The notes under the pieces are model-generated. The model was not told the DNA's origin. It searched no databases and saw nothing but the letters and a program-made list of their open reading frames with translations. From Actinomycetes bacterium (GTDB taxonomy: Bacteria; Actinomycetota; Thermoleophilia; Miltoncostaeales; Miltoncostaeaceae), in contig JAHEIS010000001.1 in the NCBI GenBank assembly GCA_024639225.1, positions 1 to 58,937 of the forward strand: 58,937 bases of DNA, read 5' to 3'. A program made the translations under genes and the position numbers. Below are positions 27,565-39,356 of this stretch, piece after piece (positions within the stretch are counted from its first letter, which is position 1; the number at the start of each line of letters is the position of its first letter).

Positions 27565-28517
27565 TGATCGACGAGCGTGCGTACATCGAGGAGATCCGGC
27601 AGCGCGCCGGGTCCGCCGACCACGTCGTGAACGGCATCGGTGACGACGCCGCGGAGCTCGCGCTCGACGGAGTCGTCGTCGCTTCGACCGACGTCCTCCT
27701 CGAGGGAGTCCACTTCCGCGCTTCCACCTCACCCGCCGCCGACATCGGCGCCAAGGCCGCCGCCGTCAATCTCTCGGATCTCGCGGCCATGGGCGCCCGC
27801 CCGCGGGCCCTGCTGGTGGCGCTGACGCTCGCGCCCGGGCACCCGGACGTCGGCGAGATGTTCGATGGTCTCGCCGCCGTCGGCACGGGCGCCGGGGCGC
27901 CGGTGGTCGGGGGCGACCTCGTCTGCGGATCCGTGACGAGCCTGGCGGTGACCGCGATCGGTGACCTGCCGGACGGGGACCGGTCCGTGCGGCGCGATGG
28001 CGCGGCCCCGGGTGATCACCTGTGGCTCACCGGACCGCTCGGGGCCTCTGCGGCGGGCCTCCACATCCTGGAAAGCGAAGTCGCGGCGGCGGTGGCCGGC
28101 GATGCGGCCGGCGCCCTGGTGTCCCGCCACCGGCGCCCGGAGGCGCGGGTTGACGCCGGCCGGAGGCTGGCTCGCGCTGGGGCGACAGCGATGATCGACG
28201 TGTCCGACGGGCTTGCCCTGGACGCCGGCCGGGTGGCCGCCGCCTCAGGTTGCCGGCTCATCATCGACGCGGACAGCGTGCCACGGGCCGACGGAGTCGA
28301 TGCGATTGCGGGCGCCCTGGGCATCGATCCCGCGGCCTTTGCCTCGACCGGTGGCGAGGACTACGAGCTGCTTGCGGCCGGGCCCGCGGACCTGCCCGCG
28401 CAGGCGGCTCTGCCGCTGATCCCGGTCGGCCGGGTCACGTTCGGCTCGGGGGCCACCCTGACCACCGGCGGGCGTGCGATCGAACTCGGGCAGGGCGGCT
28501 ACCTCCATGCCCTCTGA
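27564..28517 (+). CDS. thiL: thiamine-monophosphate kinase ThiL (start uncertain: CTG 27564 or GTG 27627)
   Basis: GIGDDAAEL...STDVLLEGVHF...GAKAAAVNLSDLAAMGA are ThiL motifs. The frame upstream of the first canonical start (GTG 27627) encodes LIDERAYIEEIRQRAG, which resembles the usual ThiL N-terminus. Confidence 0.8.
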   Translation: MIDERAYIEEIRQRAGSADHVVNGIGDDAAELALDGVVVASTDVLLEGVHFRASTSPAADIGAKAAAVNLSDLAAMGARPRALLVALTLAPGHPDVGEMFDGLAAVGTGAGAPVVGGDLVCGSVTSLAVTAIGDLPDGDRSVRRDGAAPGDHLWLTGPLGASAAGLHILESEVAAAVAGDAAGALVSRHRRPEARVDAGRRLARAGATAMIDVSDGLALDAGRVAAASGCRLIIDADSVPRADGVDAIAGALGIDPAAFASTGGEDYELLAAGPADLPAQAALPLIPVGRVTFGSGATLTTGGRAIELGQGGYLHAL

Positions 28518-29292
28518 GATCGGCGCGCGCGCTCCCAGGATCGTGGCCGACGAACTGGTCCTCAGCCGCCCCGGGGCAGAGGGCCCCCTCCCGGTGCTCG
28601 ACGGTGTTGCGCTCGCGGTCGAGCCCGGCGAGCTGGTCTGCGTCGTCGGTCCGTCCGGCTGCGGCAAGAGCACCCTTCTCGAGTGCCTCGCCGGGCTCCG
28701 GTCGGCCGACCACGGGCGGGCGCTCGTCGACGGCACCGCGGCGGCGGCGGGCCGACTCGCCTTGATGCCGCAGACGGACGCGCTCCTTCCATGGCGGACG
28801 CTGGCCGAGAACGTGGCCTGGGGGGCAAAGCTGGCGGGTGCGGACTCCGCCGACGCCGCGGAGCGCGCCGGACGGATGATCCGGCGGGTGGGGCTCGCGG
28901 GGTTCGAGGATCACTTCCCGCACGCCCTTTCCGGGGGCATGCGACAGCGGGCCGCCCTTGCGCGCACGCTCGTCGCCCGAGCGCCGGGCTGGCTGCTCGA
29001 CGAGCCGTTCGGCGCCCTGGACGCGATCACCCGGGCGGACCTCCACTCTCTTCTCTCGGACCTCCACGCCGAGCACCGTCCGAGCGTCATCATGGTGACC
29101 CACGACCTCGACGAGGCGCTTGATCTCGCGGACCGGATCGTCGTGCTCTCCGACCGCCCGGCGCGCAACGTAGCGGAGCTGACGGTGAGCGCGGGGCGCC
29201 AGCGGCGGCGCTCGCCGGAATGGGCGCCGGAGCGGGCCGTCGCCCGCGATCTTCTGATGGATGCCCTGGGCGGACGGGTCGTCCCCGCATGA
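28507..29292 (+). CDS. ABC transporter ATP-binding protein (NitT/TauT, ThiXYZ-type)
   Basis: Walker A GPSGCGKSTL, signature LSGGMRQRAALARTL and Walker B LLDEPFGALD. ATG 28507 overlaps the thiL end by 11 nt. Confidence 0.85.
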   Translation: MPSEIGARAPRIVADELVLSRPGAEGPLPVLDGVALAVEPGELVCVVGPSGCGKSTLLECLAGLRSADHGRALVDGTAAAAGRLALMPQTDALLPWRTLAENVAWGAKLAGADSADAAERAGRMIRRVGLAGFEDHFPHALSGGMRQRAALARTLVARAPGWLLDEPFGALDAITRADLHSLLSDLHAEHRPSVIMVTHDLDEALDLADRIVVLSDRPARNVAELTVSAGRQRRRSPEWAPERAVARDLLMDALGGRVVPA

Positions 29293-30125
29293 GTACCGTC
29301 GCGACGACCCGGGAGCGCCGCGAGCTCACGCCGACCGCCGGGGCGGAGATCCGGTCATCGCTGCTGAGACGTCTCGCGCCTCTGGCGATCCTCCCCGCGC
29401 TCGGGCTGGTCGTGTGGGAGGCGGCCGTCGCCGTCATGCAACCCGCCGTGTGGCTGCTCCCCGCCCCTCACGACATCGCAGGGACGCTGGCGACCGAGCA
29501 CGATCGCCTGTGGTTTCACGCCCAGGCCACGCTCCAGACCGCGATCATCGGCCTGGCCCTCGCCGCGGTGGCGGGACTCGCACTCGCGACAGCGATCAGC
29601 GCCTCCCGAGTCGTCGAGCGGACGGTCTATCCGTGGATCATCGCGAGCCAGACTGTCCCGGTGCTCGCCGTCGCACCACTCCTCGGCATCTGGGTCGGAT
29701 ACGGCGCGGCACAGTTGCTCGTGGTCACGATCTTCTGTTTCTTCCCGATCGTCGTGACCGGCGTCGACAGCCTGCGTGCCGGCCGGCCCGAGCTCACGGC
29801 CGCCGCCCGCTCCCTCGGGGCCGGCCCGCTCGAGATCTGGCGACGCGTGACCTTCCCCGCGGCGCTGCCCGCCCTGTTCTCCGGCCTACGACTGGCGGCG
29901 GTCTTCGCCGTCACGGGAGCCGTCGTCGCGGAATACGTCGGCGCGGATCGCGGGCTTGGCTTTCTGACCGAGTTCGCCACGGCCCAGTTCGAGACCGTGC
30001 TGACGTTCGCGGCAGTCGTCTGGCTCGCCGTCCTCGGCGTCGTCGCGTTCGGGCTCATCTCGCTCACCGAGCGCCTGGCGATGCCGTGGCGCCACCGATC
30101 CACGCGCCGGAGGCGGGCCTCATGA
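29289..30125 (+). CDS. ABC transporter permease
   Basis: A six-TM BPD-type permease (...AARSLGAGPLEIWRRVTFPAALPALFSGLRLA...). ATGA overlap with the ATPase stop. Confidence 0.8.
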   Translation: MSTVATTRERRELTPTAGAEIRSSLLRRLAPLAILPALGLVVWEAAVAVMQPAVWLLPAPHDIAGTLATEHDRLWFHAQATLQTAIIGLALAAVAGLALATAISASRVVERTVYPWIIASQTVPVLAVAPLLGIWVGYGAAQLLVVTIFCFFPIVVTGVDSLRAGRPELTAAARSLGAGPLEIWRRVTFPAALPALFSGLRLAAVFAVTGAVVAEYVGADRGLGFLTEFATAQFETVLTFAAVVWLAVLGVVAFGLISLTERLAMPWRHRSTRRRRAS

Positions 30126-31138
30126 CCACCACACTCCGCATCCTCGCTCTGCTCACCTTGGTTCTCGCCGGGGGCGTCGCCTGTGGCGACGACGACGCGC
30201 CCACCTCCGCAGACGCGCCCCGCGACACCGAGGTGATTCTCGACTGGTTCGTGAACGCGGATCACGCGGGCCTCTACAGCGCACTGGCCGGCAACCGGTT
30301 CACCGAGCGTGGCGTCGCCCTGGCGACGACGGTGCCGAGCGATCCCGCCGCGGCGCTGAAGGAGGTCGCGACGGGTCGGTCGGACTTCGCCGTCTCGTAC
30401 CAGCCGGAGGTCCTACGAGCCCGTTCCGAGGGGATTCCGGTGGTGGCGGTCGCGGCCCTCATCCGCGTGCCACTCAACAGCGTGATCGTACGGACCGACC
30501 GCGGGATCCGGCGTCCGCGCGACCTCGCCGGAGCGACCGTCGGCGTGACGGGGCTCCCGACGGAAGCCGCGCTGGTCCGCGCGGTTGTCGAGGCAGACGG
30601 CGGGGACCCGGAGGCCGTGAACCTGCAGACGGTCGGCTTCGAACTCGGTCCGGCGATCGCGGCCGGAAAGGTGGACGCCATCGCGGGGGCCTACTGGAAC
30701 ATCGAGCTGCCGGAGTTGGAGGCCCGGGGGATTCCCGTCGAGGCCTTCCGGGTCGACGAGCACGGCGTCCCTCCCTACGCGGAGCTGGTCCTGGTGACCG
30801 GCGAGGAACTCGTCGCGCGCGACCCGGAGCTCATCCGGGACGTGCTGGCGGGGCTGGCGGCCGGCCACCGCGACCTGCGCCGGGACCCGGGATCCGCCGT
30901 TGACGCCCTGCTCGCGGCGAATCCCGATCTCGACCGCGAGCTCGTCGCCGTCCAGGTCGAGGGGACGGCGCCGCTCATCGCTCCTGAAGGGCGCCCAGCG
31001 GTGGTCCTCAGCGCGACCGAGGCGCGGCCGGAAGAATCGTGGCAGGAGTTCGCCGACTGGATGCTCGATCGCGGGCTGCTCGACACGCCGACCGACGCCG
31101 CCGACGCTGTGGAGGCGGCGTTCCTCCCGGGAGCGTGA
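30122..31138 (+). CDS. ABC substrate-binding lipoprotein, NMT1/THI5-like (ThiY-type pyrimidine binder)
   Basis: Lipobox LVLAGGVAC, then VILDWFVNADHAGLYSALAGNRF...DFAVSYQPEVL, the NMT1/THI5 family pattern. ATGA overlap with the permease stop. The track start at 29261 is an over-extension. Confidence 0.8.
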   Translation: MTTTLRILALLTLVLAGGVACGDDDAPTSADAPRDTEVILDWFVNADHAGLYSALAGNRFTERGVALATTVPSDPAAALKEVATGRSDFAVSYQPEVLRARSEGIPVVAVAALIRVPLNSVIVRTDRGIRRPRDLAGATVGVTGLPTEAALVRAVVEADGGDPEAVNLQTVGFELGPAIAAGKVDAIAGAYWNIELPELEARGIPVEAFRVDEHGVPPYAELVLVTGEELVARDPELIRDVLAGLAAGHRDLRRDPGSAVDALLAANPDLDRELVAVQVEGTAPLIAPEGRPAVVLSATEARPEESWQEFADWMLDRGLLDTPTDAADAVEAAFLPGA

Positions 31139-32246
31139 CCGCCCGCGGGTCATGTGTCGTGGTCGGCGCCGGTCCCTGGGGCCTTGCGGCGGCGGTTGCC
31201 CTCCGCGAGGCCGGGCACGCCGTGCGCCTGCTCGACGACGGCCGCCACGCCGCCGGACACGCCGCCGCGGGGATGCTCGGCCCCTGGTCGGAGACCGAAC
31301 CGGGGCGACCCGACCTCCGGGATGAGCTCTTCCGCGCGGCGGCGGCCTGGCCGGACTTCGCGGCGGGACTCTCCTCGGACGGATCCGACACCGGCTATCA
31401 CCCCTCCGGGACGATCCACGTCGCGATCGGCGGAGAGCAGATCGGGCCGCTCCGACGACGCGCCGAGCAGATGACCCGCCCCGACGACGACCACCGCTGG
31501 CTCGGCGGCCGCGCCCTGCGGGCGCTCGATTCGGGCATCGGTCCCGGCGTCGGCGGCGGGATACATCTCCCGGACGAGCACCAGGTCGACCCGCGCCGGC
31601 TCATCACGGCGTTGGCCGCGCGCGCCGAGCGAGCCGGCGTCGAGCGGCTGAGCGCCGCCGCGGCGCGAATCGACATGGTCGACGGACGAGCCCGCGGCGT
31701 CCACGACGACGCCGGGACTCTCCACCCGGGCCGGGTCGTGCTGGCGGCAGGCTGGCGCTCGGCCGAACTCTCGGACCGGGTGCCCCTCCGCGGTGTGAAG
31801 GGGCAGATCATCCGGCTCCGTGCCGACTCCGTGACCGACCTGCCCTGTCGCCACATCATCCGCACCGGAGACGTCTACGTCGTTCCCCGCCCCTCGGGCG
31901 AGGTGGTCATCGGGGCGACCATGGAGGAGCGTACCGATCGGCACGCCCTGGCCGGCGACGTCCACCGCCTGCTGGAGGATGCGTTCCGGGCCGTTCCCGG
32001 CCTCAGTGAGCTCCCGATCGTCGAGACCTCGGCAGGGGTCCGCCCGGCCCCGGCGGACGGCGCCCCGGCGCTCGGCCGCGATGCCGACGACGTGATCTGG
32101 GCGACCGGGGGGTTCCGCCACGGCATCCTTCTGGCACCGCTCGTCGGAACCGCCGCCTGCGCCGCGGTCGCCGGAGAGCCCATCGCGATCTCCGCGTGGG
32201 ACCCGGCCCGTTTCACCCCGACGGTCCCACGAACGGCAGCGGCCAC

Positions 32247-32250
<4 letters not shown>
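31135..32250 (+). CDS. thiO: glycine oxidase ThiO (FAD-dependent oxidoreductase)
   Basis: CVVVGAGPWGLAAAVALREAGHAVRLLD is a Rossmann FAD motif in a DAO-family body. It sits directly before thiS-thiG. GTGA overlap with the preceding stop. Confidence 0.8.
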
Positions 32251-34669
<2,419 letters not shown>

Positions 34670-34685
<16 letters not shown>

Positions 34686-35326
34686 CGGCGGCGATCGTGC
34701 CCGTGTACGAGCGCGTGCTCGAGCACCCCTTCCTGGCCGGCCTCACGGACGGGAGCCTTCCCGACACCGCCTTTCGTCAGTACGTCATCCAGGACGCGCT
34801 CTTTCTCACGGACTACGCCCGCGCTCTGGCCCTCTGCGCCGCCCGATCAGGCGCGGCGGCCGACCTGCGCATGTTCTGCTCCCACGCCACCGAGGCGATC
34901 GACGTCGAGCGGGCCCTCCACGACGAGTTGATGGGCGATCTCGGCATCAGCGCGACCGACCTGGACGGAGCCGAGCAGTCGCCCGCGTGCCGCGGCTACA
35001 CGTCGTTTCTCCTGGCGACGTGCGCGCTCGGAGCTGAAGCGGACGCGCTCGCCGCGATCCTCCCCTGCTACTGGATCTACTGGGAGGTCGGGCGCGTGCT
35101 CGTGGGACGCGGCTCGCCCGATGCCCGCTACCGCCTCTGGATCGAGACGTACGCCGACGAGGACTTCGGGCGGGCCGTCAGCGCCGTCGTGGACGTCGCC
35201 GATCGTGCCTTCGCGGGGCTCACCGACGCCGTGGCGGACTCCGCCGCGGCTCATGCTCGCATCTCCGCGCGCTATGAATGGATGTTCTGGGACTCCGCGC
35301 TGCGCCGCGAGTCCTGGCTCGTCTGA
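34670..35326 (+). CDS. tenA: thiaminase II / aminopyrimidine aminohydrolase TenA
   Basis: [36 protein letters not shown]...[11 protein letters not shown] is the TenA/PqqC-like signature. The start is uncertain; GTG 34670 overlaps the thiED end. Confidence 0.8.
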
Positions 35327-35329
35327 ATC

Positions 35330-35692
35330 ATGACAAACCCCGGAACACCACCCCGCCGGACGCGGGCCGAGATCGAGGATCTGGTCGCCGCCGTGCTCGA
35401 CACGATCCCGCCGTTGTTCGTCGAGGCTCTCGCCGAGTGCGCGGTCGTCGTCGAGGAGCGCTCCCCCGCGGACATGCCCGACCTCTACGGCCTGTACATC
35501 GGCGCTCCACCGGCCCTGGGCCCCGCCCTCCCCGGGCCACCGCCGCGCATCGCCATCTACGTCCATCCCCTCGTCGATCACTTCCCGGGGGATGCGGCCC
35601 TGCGGGAGCAGGTCAGGATCACGGTTCTCCACGAGCTCGGGCACCACATGGGGCTCGACGAGGACCGGCTGGACGAGCTCGGCTACGCCTGA
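35330..35692 (+). CDS. small HExxH metallopeptidase-family protein (Zincin_1/DUF1025-like)
   Basis: A 120-aa protein with VLHELGHHMGLDEDRLDELGY at the C-terminus. ATG lies 3 nt after the tenA stop, so it is the last gene of the riboswitch operon. Confidence 0.7.
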   Translation: MTNPGTPPRRTRAEIEDLVAAVLDTIPPLFVEALAECAVVVEERSPADMPDLYGLYIGAPPALGPALPGPPPRIAIYVHPLVDHFPGDAALREQVRITVLHELGHHMGLDEDRLDELGYA

Positions 35693-35732
35693 ACCGCGCG
35701 GGACCACGTGCGGAGTCCCGTCGCCCGCATGC

Positions 35733-38700
35733 TCAGGACCCGTCCTTGCCGCCCGCCCGCAGGGCGTCGGTGTCGCCCTCGGGCAGGACGTCGATCGGGT
35801 CGTCGAGCGAACGCTGGGAAAGACGACTCTGCAGCTCGCTGACGCGCTCGGTGTGATCCGCGAGCACGCTCCGCGCCAACTCCAGCTCATCTCGTCCCTC
35901 GGCGAGGCGGCGCTCCAGAGCCTCGGAGCGCGCGACGGCCTCCTGGTAGCGCCGATCGCGATCGACGAGCGCATCCTCGAGCTGGCTCACCATGGCGTTG
36001 CTCTGGTCGCGATCGGCGACGACGGCCGCCAGCTGGGCGTTGTGATCGGCCAGCTCCGCCTCAGCATCGGCCAGCCGGGCATCCCGCTGATCGATGCTGC
36101 GTGACAGCTCGGCGACGCGCTCCTCGCCGGCCGTCACCGCCGCGCGCAGACCGTCGATCTCGTCCACGCTCCCCCGCGCGGCATCCTCGGCCCGGCGGAG
36201 CCCGTCCTCGCGCTGGCTGATCGACCGCTGGAGACCGGCGATGCGCTCATCCCGGGTCCGCATCTCCGTGACCATCCGCTCCATGCGCCGACGTCGGCCG
36301 CTCAGGTCACTCTCAAGAGACCGGATCTCCTCCTCGCGGGCGGAGACGCTTGCACTCAGATCGGCGACCTCCCGGGTCCGGGTCTCGACCAGACTGCGGG
36401 CCTCATCGAGCTGTTCCTGGCGGGAGCCCAGCTCGCGCTGGAGATCGTCGATCTGCCCCACCTTCTCGTTCACGATCTCGTCGTGCGAAAGCTGCGCCCT
36501 CTGCCCGATTTCGATCTCGGACGTGAGGGCGCGGATGCGCTCCTCACCGGCAGCGATGTCGCGCTTGCCCGCCGCGATCTGCTCATTGCGCTCCCCCAGA
36601 GAGGCCTGGAGATGTTCGATCCGCGCCTGGCTCGCGCCTAGGTCGGACGACAACTCGTCGATCCGGCCCCGGTGCGCGGCGGCCTCCGACTGGAGCGACG
36701 CGAGCTGCTCCTCGCGCTCGCTGATCGTGCTCCGCAGCTGGGCGATCTCCGCCTGACGCTCGCCGACCTCGGCGGTCAGTTCGTCAACCTTGGCGCGGCG
36801 GGAGTCCAGCTGGTCCTGCAGGCCCTCCATGCGCTCCGCACGGGCGGCTATCGTCGTCTTGAGGTCGAGGATCCGCGCGCGGTCCTGGTCGAGATCAGCG
36901 CTCAGCTCGGCGATCCGCACGCCGCGCTCGGAGACCTCGTCCTCCAACCCGGAGATCGTGACATCGCGCTCGTCCACCATGCCCCGCAGGCTCTCGGCCG
37001 CTGAGACCGCCTCGTCGCGCTCGCCGGTCCGGGCCTCGAGGGCCTGGCCTCGGCGCTCGATCTCCTCATCCCGCAGGCGGATGGCCTCGTCGCGCTCGAG
37101 CAAGGTCTGACGCAGGTCGGCGAGCTGACCTTCCTTAGCACGGAGGCCCTCCATCAGGCGTTCGATGCGACGCCGGCGCGCAGCCAGGTCACCCTCCATG
37201 CCAACGATCCGCTCGTCACGGACCTGGGCCTCGCGGCCGAGTTTCTCGACCTCGGCGGTCCGCTCGCGCAGCTCGTCGTGGAGCTGCTGGGCCCGCCGGC
37301 GCCGTGCTGACACATCCGCCTCGAGCGTCTCGAGGCGTCCGGACGCGCCGGCGGCCTCCTTGCGGAGAATCGCCGCCTCGCTGTCGCGCCGCCGTAGGTC
37401 CGCTGCCAGCTGGTCGATGTGCTCCTGCCCGCTCATGAGGTCAGTGCTGAGCCCTGCGAGCCGCGCGTCACGCTCCTGGATCTCGGCGGTGAGTCGCTGG
37501 ACGTCGCTCTCCCGCGAGCGGAGATCACCGGTCAGCTTCTCGAGCTGCGCACGACGGGCTTGGAGTTCCGCCTCGAGGGCCTCCAGCCGGCCGTCGCGGT
37601 CGTGGATCTCGCGCTGGACGCCCTCGGTCTCCCGCTGCCGGGTCTGGAGGAGCGACGTCACCTTGTCGACCCGCTGGCGCCGGCTCTGGAGCTCATCCTG
37701 CACGGAGGCGAGCTCGGCCTGGAGTGCGTTGCGCTCGACGCGGGCGGTCTCGGCCTCCGCCGCCCGGCGGTCAGCGGCGGAGCGCAGCTCCGCAAGACGC
37801 TCCTCCTCCTGGCCTTGGGCCTCCTGGAATGCCTTGAGCTCGGCCTCACGGGCGGCGGCGTCGGACTTGAGGGTGGCGATCTCACGGCCACGAGCCTGGA
37901 TCTCCTCGGAGAGCTTCTCCGCCTCCTCACGGGCCTGGCGCGCCTCCTCTTCGAGCTCGGCCACGCGGGCCCGCCGCTCCTCGTCAGTCGATCGCAGCGC
38001 GGCGACATCTTCGAGGCGCGCGTCCAGATCCGACGTCAGCCGGACGACGTCCTTGCGGCTCGCCGGAACCTCTTCCTCGAGGGCCGCGAGACGCTCCTCG
38101 CGCTCCTTGAGGCAATTCTCGAGTGCGTCGCGGGACTCGGACGCTGCGATCAACTCGCGCGTCAGGCGCTCGGACTCGGCGCGCCGGGTGTTCAGCTCCG
38201 TCTTCAGCCCGTTGATCTCGGTACGCCCCTCCGACAGCTCTCCCTCGAGTTCAGCGAGTCGCTCCTCGCGCTCGACGAGGTCGGCAAGGAGCTGTTCGCC
38301 CGCGCTCTCGCTCTCGCGCAGCCCGTCGGACAGGCGTGCGATCTCGGCGCCCTCGTCGCCGGGGTCGCCGTCCTGAGCCGCTTCGAGAGCGGAACGGGTC
38401 TCCTCGACGGACCGGCGCAAGCGCCCGATCTCGTCCTCCTTGCCCCGGATCTCGCGCGTCAGGCGGGAGATCTCCGCGCTCCGCTCGTCCAGTCCCGAGT
38501 CGATCTCAGCCAGGCGCTCCTCGCGCTCGACGACCATCGCCTCGAGGTCCAGGACCCGGGCATCACGCTCGGCGAGCTTGGCGCTGAGGTCGTCGATCTT
38601 CCGTCGGCGTGACGTCGCATCGGCTTCGAGCACGCCGATCCGGCTGTTGAGCGCCCGGACCTGCTCGCGGCTCGCGTCGGCGTCCCGCTGGAGGCGCTCG

Positions 38701-39095
38701 GCATCCTCGGGCGTGTCTGCCGGGGCGTCACCAGCGCTGTTGAGCCGGGTGATCTCCTCGGTCAGCTCCGCGATCCGGCTCTCGCGCCCGGCGAGCTCCT
38801 CCTTCGCGCTGGCGAGTTCGCCCATGACGTCGTCCATCCGGGACCGCAACTCGGCCAGCTTGGTCGAGTCGGCTGATCGGTCGCCCTCATCAGCGAGGGC
38901 GGCAAGGTCCTGCTCGCTCTCGGCGATGCTGTCTTCGACCTGAGCCAGGCGGGCGTTCGCCTCGTCGAGCTGGCGCTTGAGACGGTCGCGCTCGTCCTTG
39001 AAGCCGATGCGCGGGTCACCCACGCTCCACCAGAGGTGCCACCCGACGACGATGCCGAGCAGGGTGCCGATCGAGAAGAGGATGAGCTGGACCAT
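35733..39095 (-). CDS. giant membrane-anchored coiled-coil protein (1120 aa)
   Basis: N-terminal TM helix MVQLILFSIGTLLGIVVGWHLWW, then about 1080 residues of E/R/L/A-rich heptad sequence with recurring ER[DE]xR[IL]xxLExxL units. No Walker motifs and no enzymatic domain recognised. Confidence 0.8.
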   Translation of the reverse strand: MVQLILFSIGTLLGIVVGWHLWWSVGDPRIGFKDERDRLKRQLDEANARLAQVEDSIAESEQDLAALADEGDRSADSTKLAELRSRMDDVMGELASAKEELAGRESRIAELTEEITRLNSAGDAPADTPEDAERLQRDADASREQVRALNSRIGVLEADATSRRRKIDDLSAKLAERDARVLDLEAMVVEREERLAEIDSGLDERSAEISRLTREIRGKEDEIGRLRRSVEETRSALEAAQDGDPGDEGAEIARLSDGLRESESAGEQLLADLVEREERLAELEGELSEGRTEINGLKTELNTRRAESERLTRELIAASESRDALENCLKEREERLAALEEEVPASRKDVVRLTSDLDARLEDVAALRSTDEERRARVAELEEEARQAREEAEKLSEEIQARGREIATLKSDAAAREAELKAFQEAQGQEEERLAELRSAADRRAAEAETARVERNALQAELASVQDELQSRRQRVDKVTSLLQTRQRETEGVQREIHDRDGRLEALEAELQARRAQLEKLTGDLRSRESDVQRLTAEIQERDARLAGLSTDLMSGQEHIDQLAADLRRRDSEAAILRKEAAGASGRLETLEADVSARRRRAQQLHDELRERTAEVEKLGREAQVRDERIVGMEGDLAARRRRIERLMEGLRAKEGQLADLRQTLLERDEAIRLRDEEIERRGQALEARTGERDEAVSAAESLRGMVDERDVTISGLEDEVSERGVRIAELSADLDQDRARILDLKTTIAARAERMEGLQDQLDSRRAKVDELTAEVGERQAEIAQLRSTISEREEQLASLQSEAAAHRGRIDELSSDLGASQARIEHLQASLGERNEQIAAGKRDIAAGEERIRALTSEIEIGQRAQLSHDEIVNEKVGQIDDLQRELGSRQEQLDEARSLVETRTREVADLSASVSAREEEIRSLESDLSGRRRRMERMVTEMRTRDERIAGLQRSISQREDGLRRAEDAARGSVDEIDGLRAAVTAGEERVAELSRSIDQRDARLADAEAELADHNAQLAAVVADRDQSNAMVSQLEDALVDRDRRYQEAVARSEALERRLAEGRDELELARSVLADHTERVSELQSRLSQRSLDDPIDVLPEGDTDALRAGGKDGS

Positions 39096-39306
39096 TCCGC
39101 CGTTCCGCCTGACTTGGATGGGTGGGGGTCGGGCGAGTGTAACCCTGCTATTTCGCCGAAGAGAAGCCCGCCATCCGCGTAGGCATGGCCGAGAAACCTG
39201 ACCCCACGTTCAGCGATCGGGGGGCGGACTAGAGGGCCCGCCCATGCCCGAGCAGCGGCCATGGATGGGGGCGGCCGACCAACCGTGCGGAAAGCATTCA
39301 CCCGCG

Positions 39307-39350
39307 GCGTCCGGTCTCCGCGCCGCGGCGGCGGCGCGGAGACCGGACGC
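39307..39350 (-). terminator. GC-rich perfect hairpin downstream of npdG (intrinsic-terminator-like, no U tract)
   Basis: gcgtccggtctccgcgcc (39307..39324) pairs perfectly with ggcgcggagaccggacgc (39333..39350) across an 8-nt loop. It lies 7 nt after the npdG stop and upstream of the coiled-coil gene promoter region. Confidence 0.5.
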
Positions 39351-39356
39351 GGGCCC

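Noticed and set aside
35693-35732. A short hairpin (cgggac-N10-gtcccg) between the convergent metallopeptidase and coiled-coil genes, considered as a bidirectional terminator.
   Set aside because: It has only a 6-bp stem with a 10-nt loop, which is too weak to call from sequence alone.
35733-39095. The coiled-coil gene considered as an SMC, RecN or MukB-type ATPase, or as a DNA-level tandem-repeat array. The many antisense ORFs inside it were also considered (36094..36756, 37165..38376, 37419..38612 and others).
   Set aside because: No Walker A/B or signature motif is present, and I noticed no exact nucleotide repeats, so the repetition looks protein-level and degenerate. The antisense ORFs translate to Ser/Arg-rich strings typical of the reverse complement of E/L/R-rich coding sequence.
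38762-39301. A 179-aa minus-strand ORF spanning the spacer upstream of the coiled-coil gene and its 5' end.
   Set aside because: It is out of frame with, and largely overlaps, the well-supported coiled-coil CDS. Its unique part covers the putative promoter and terminator spacer.
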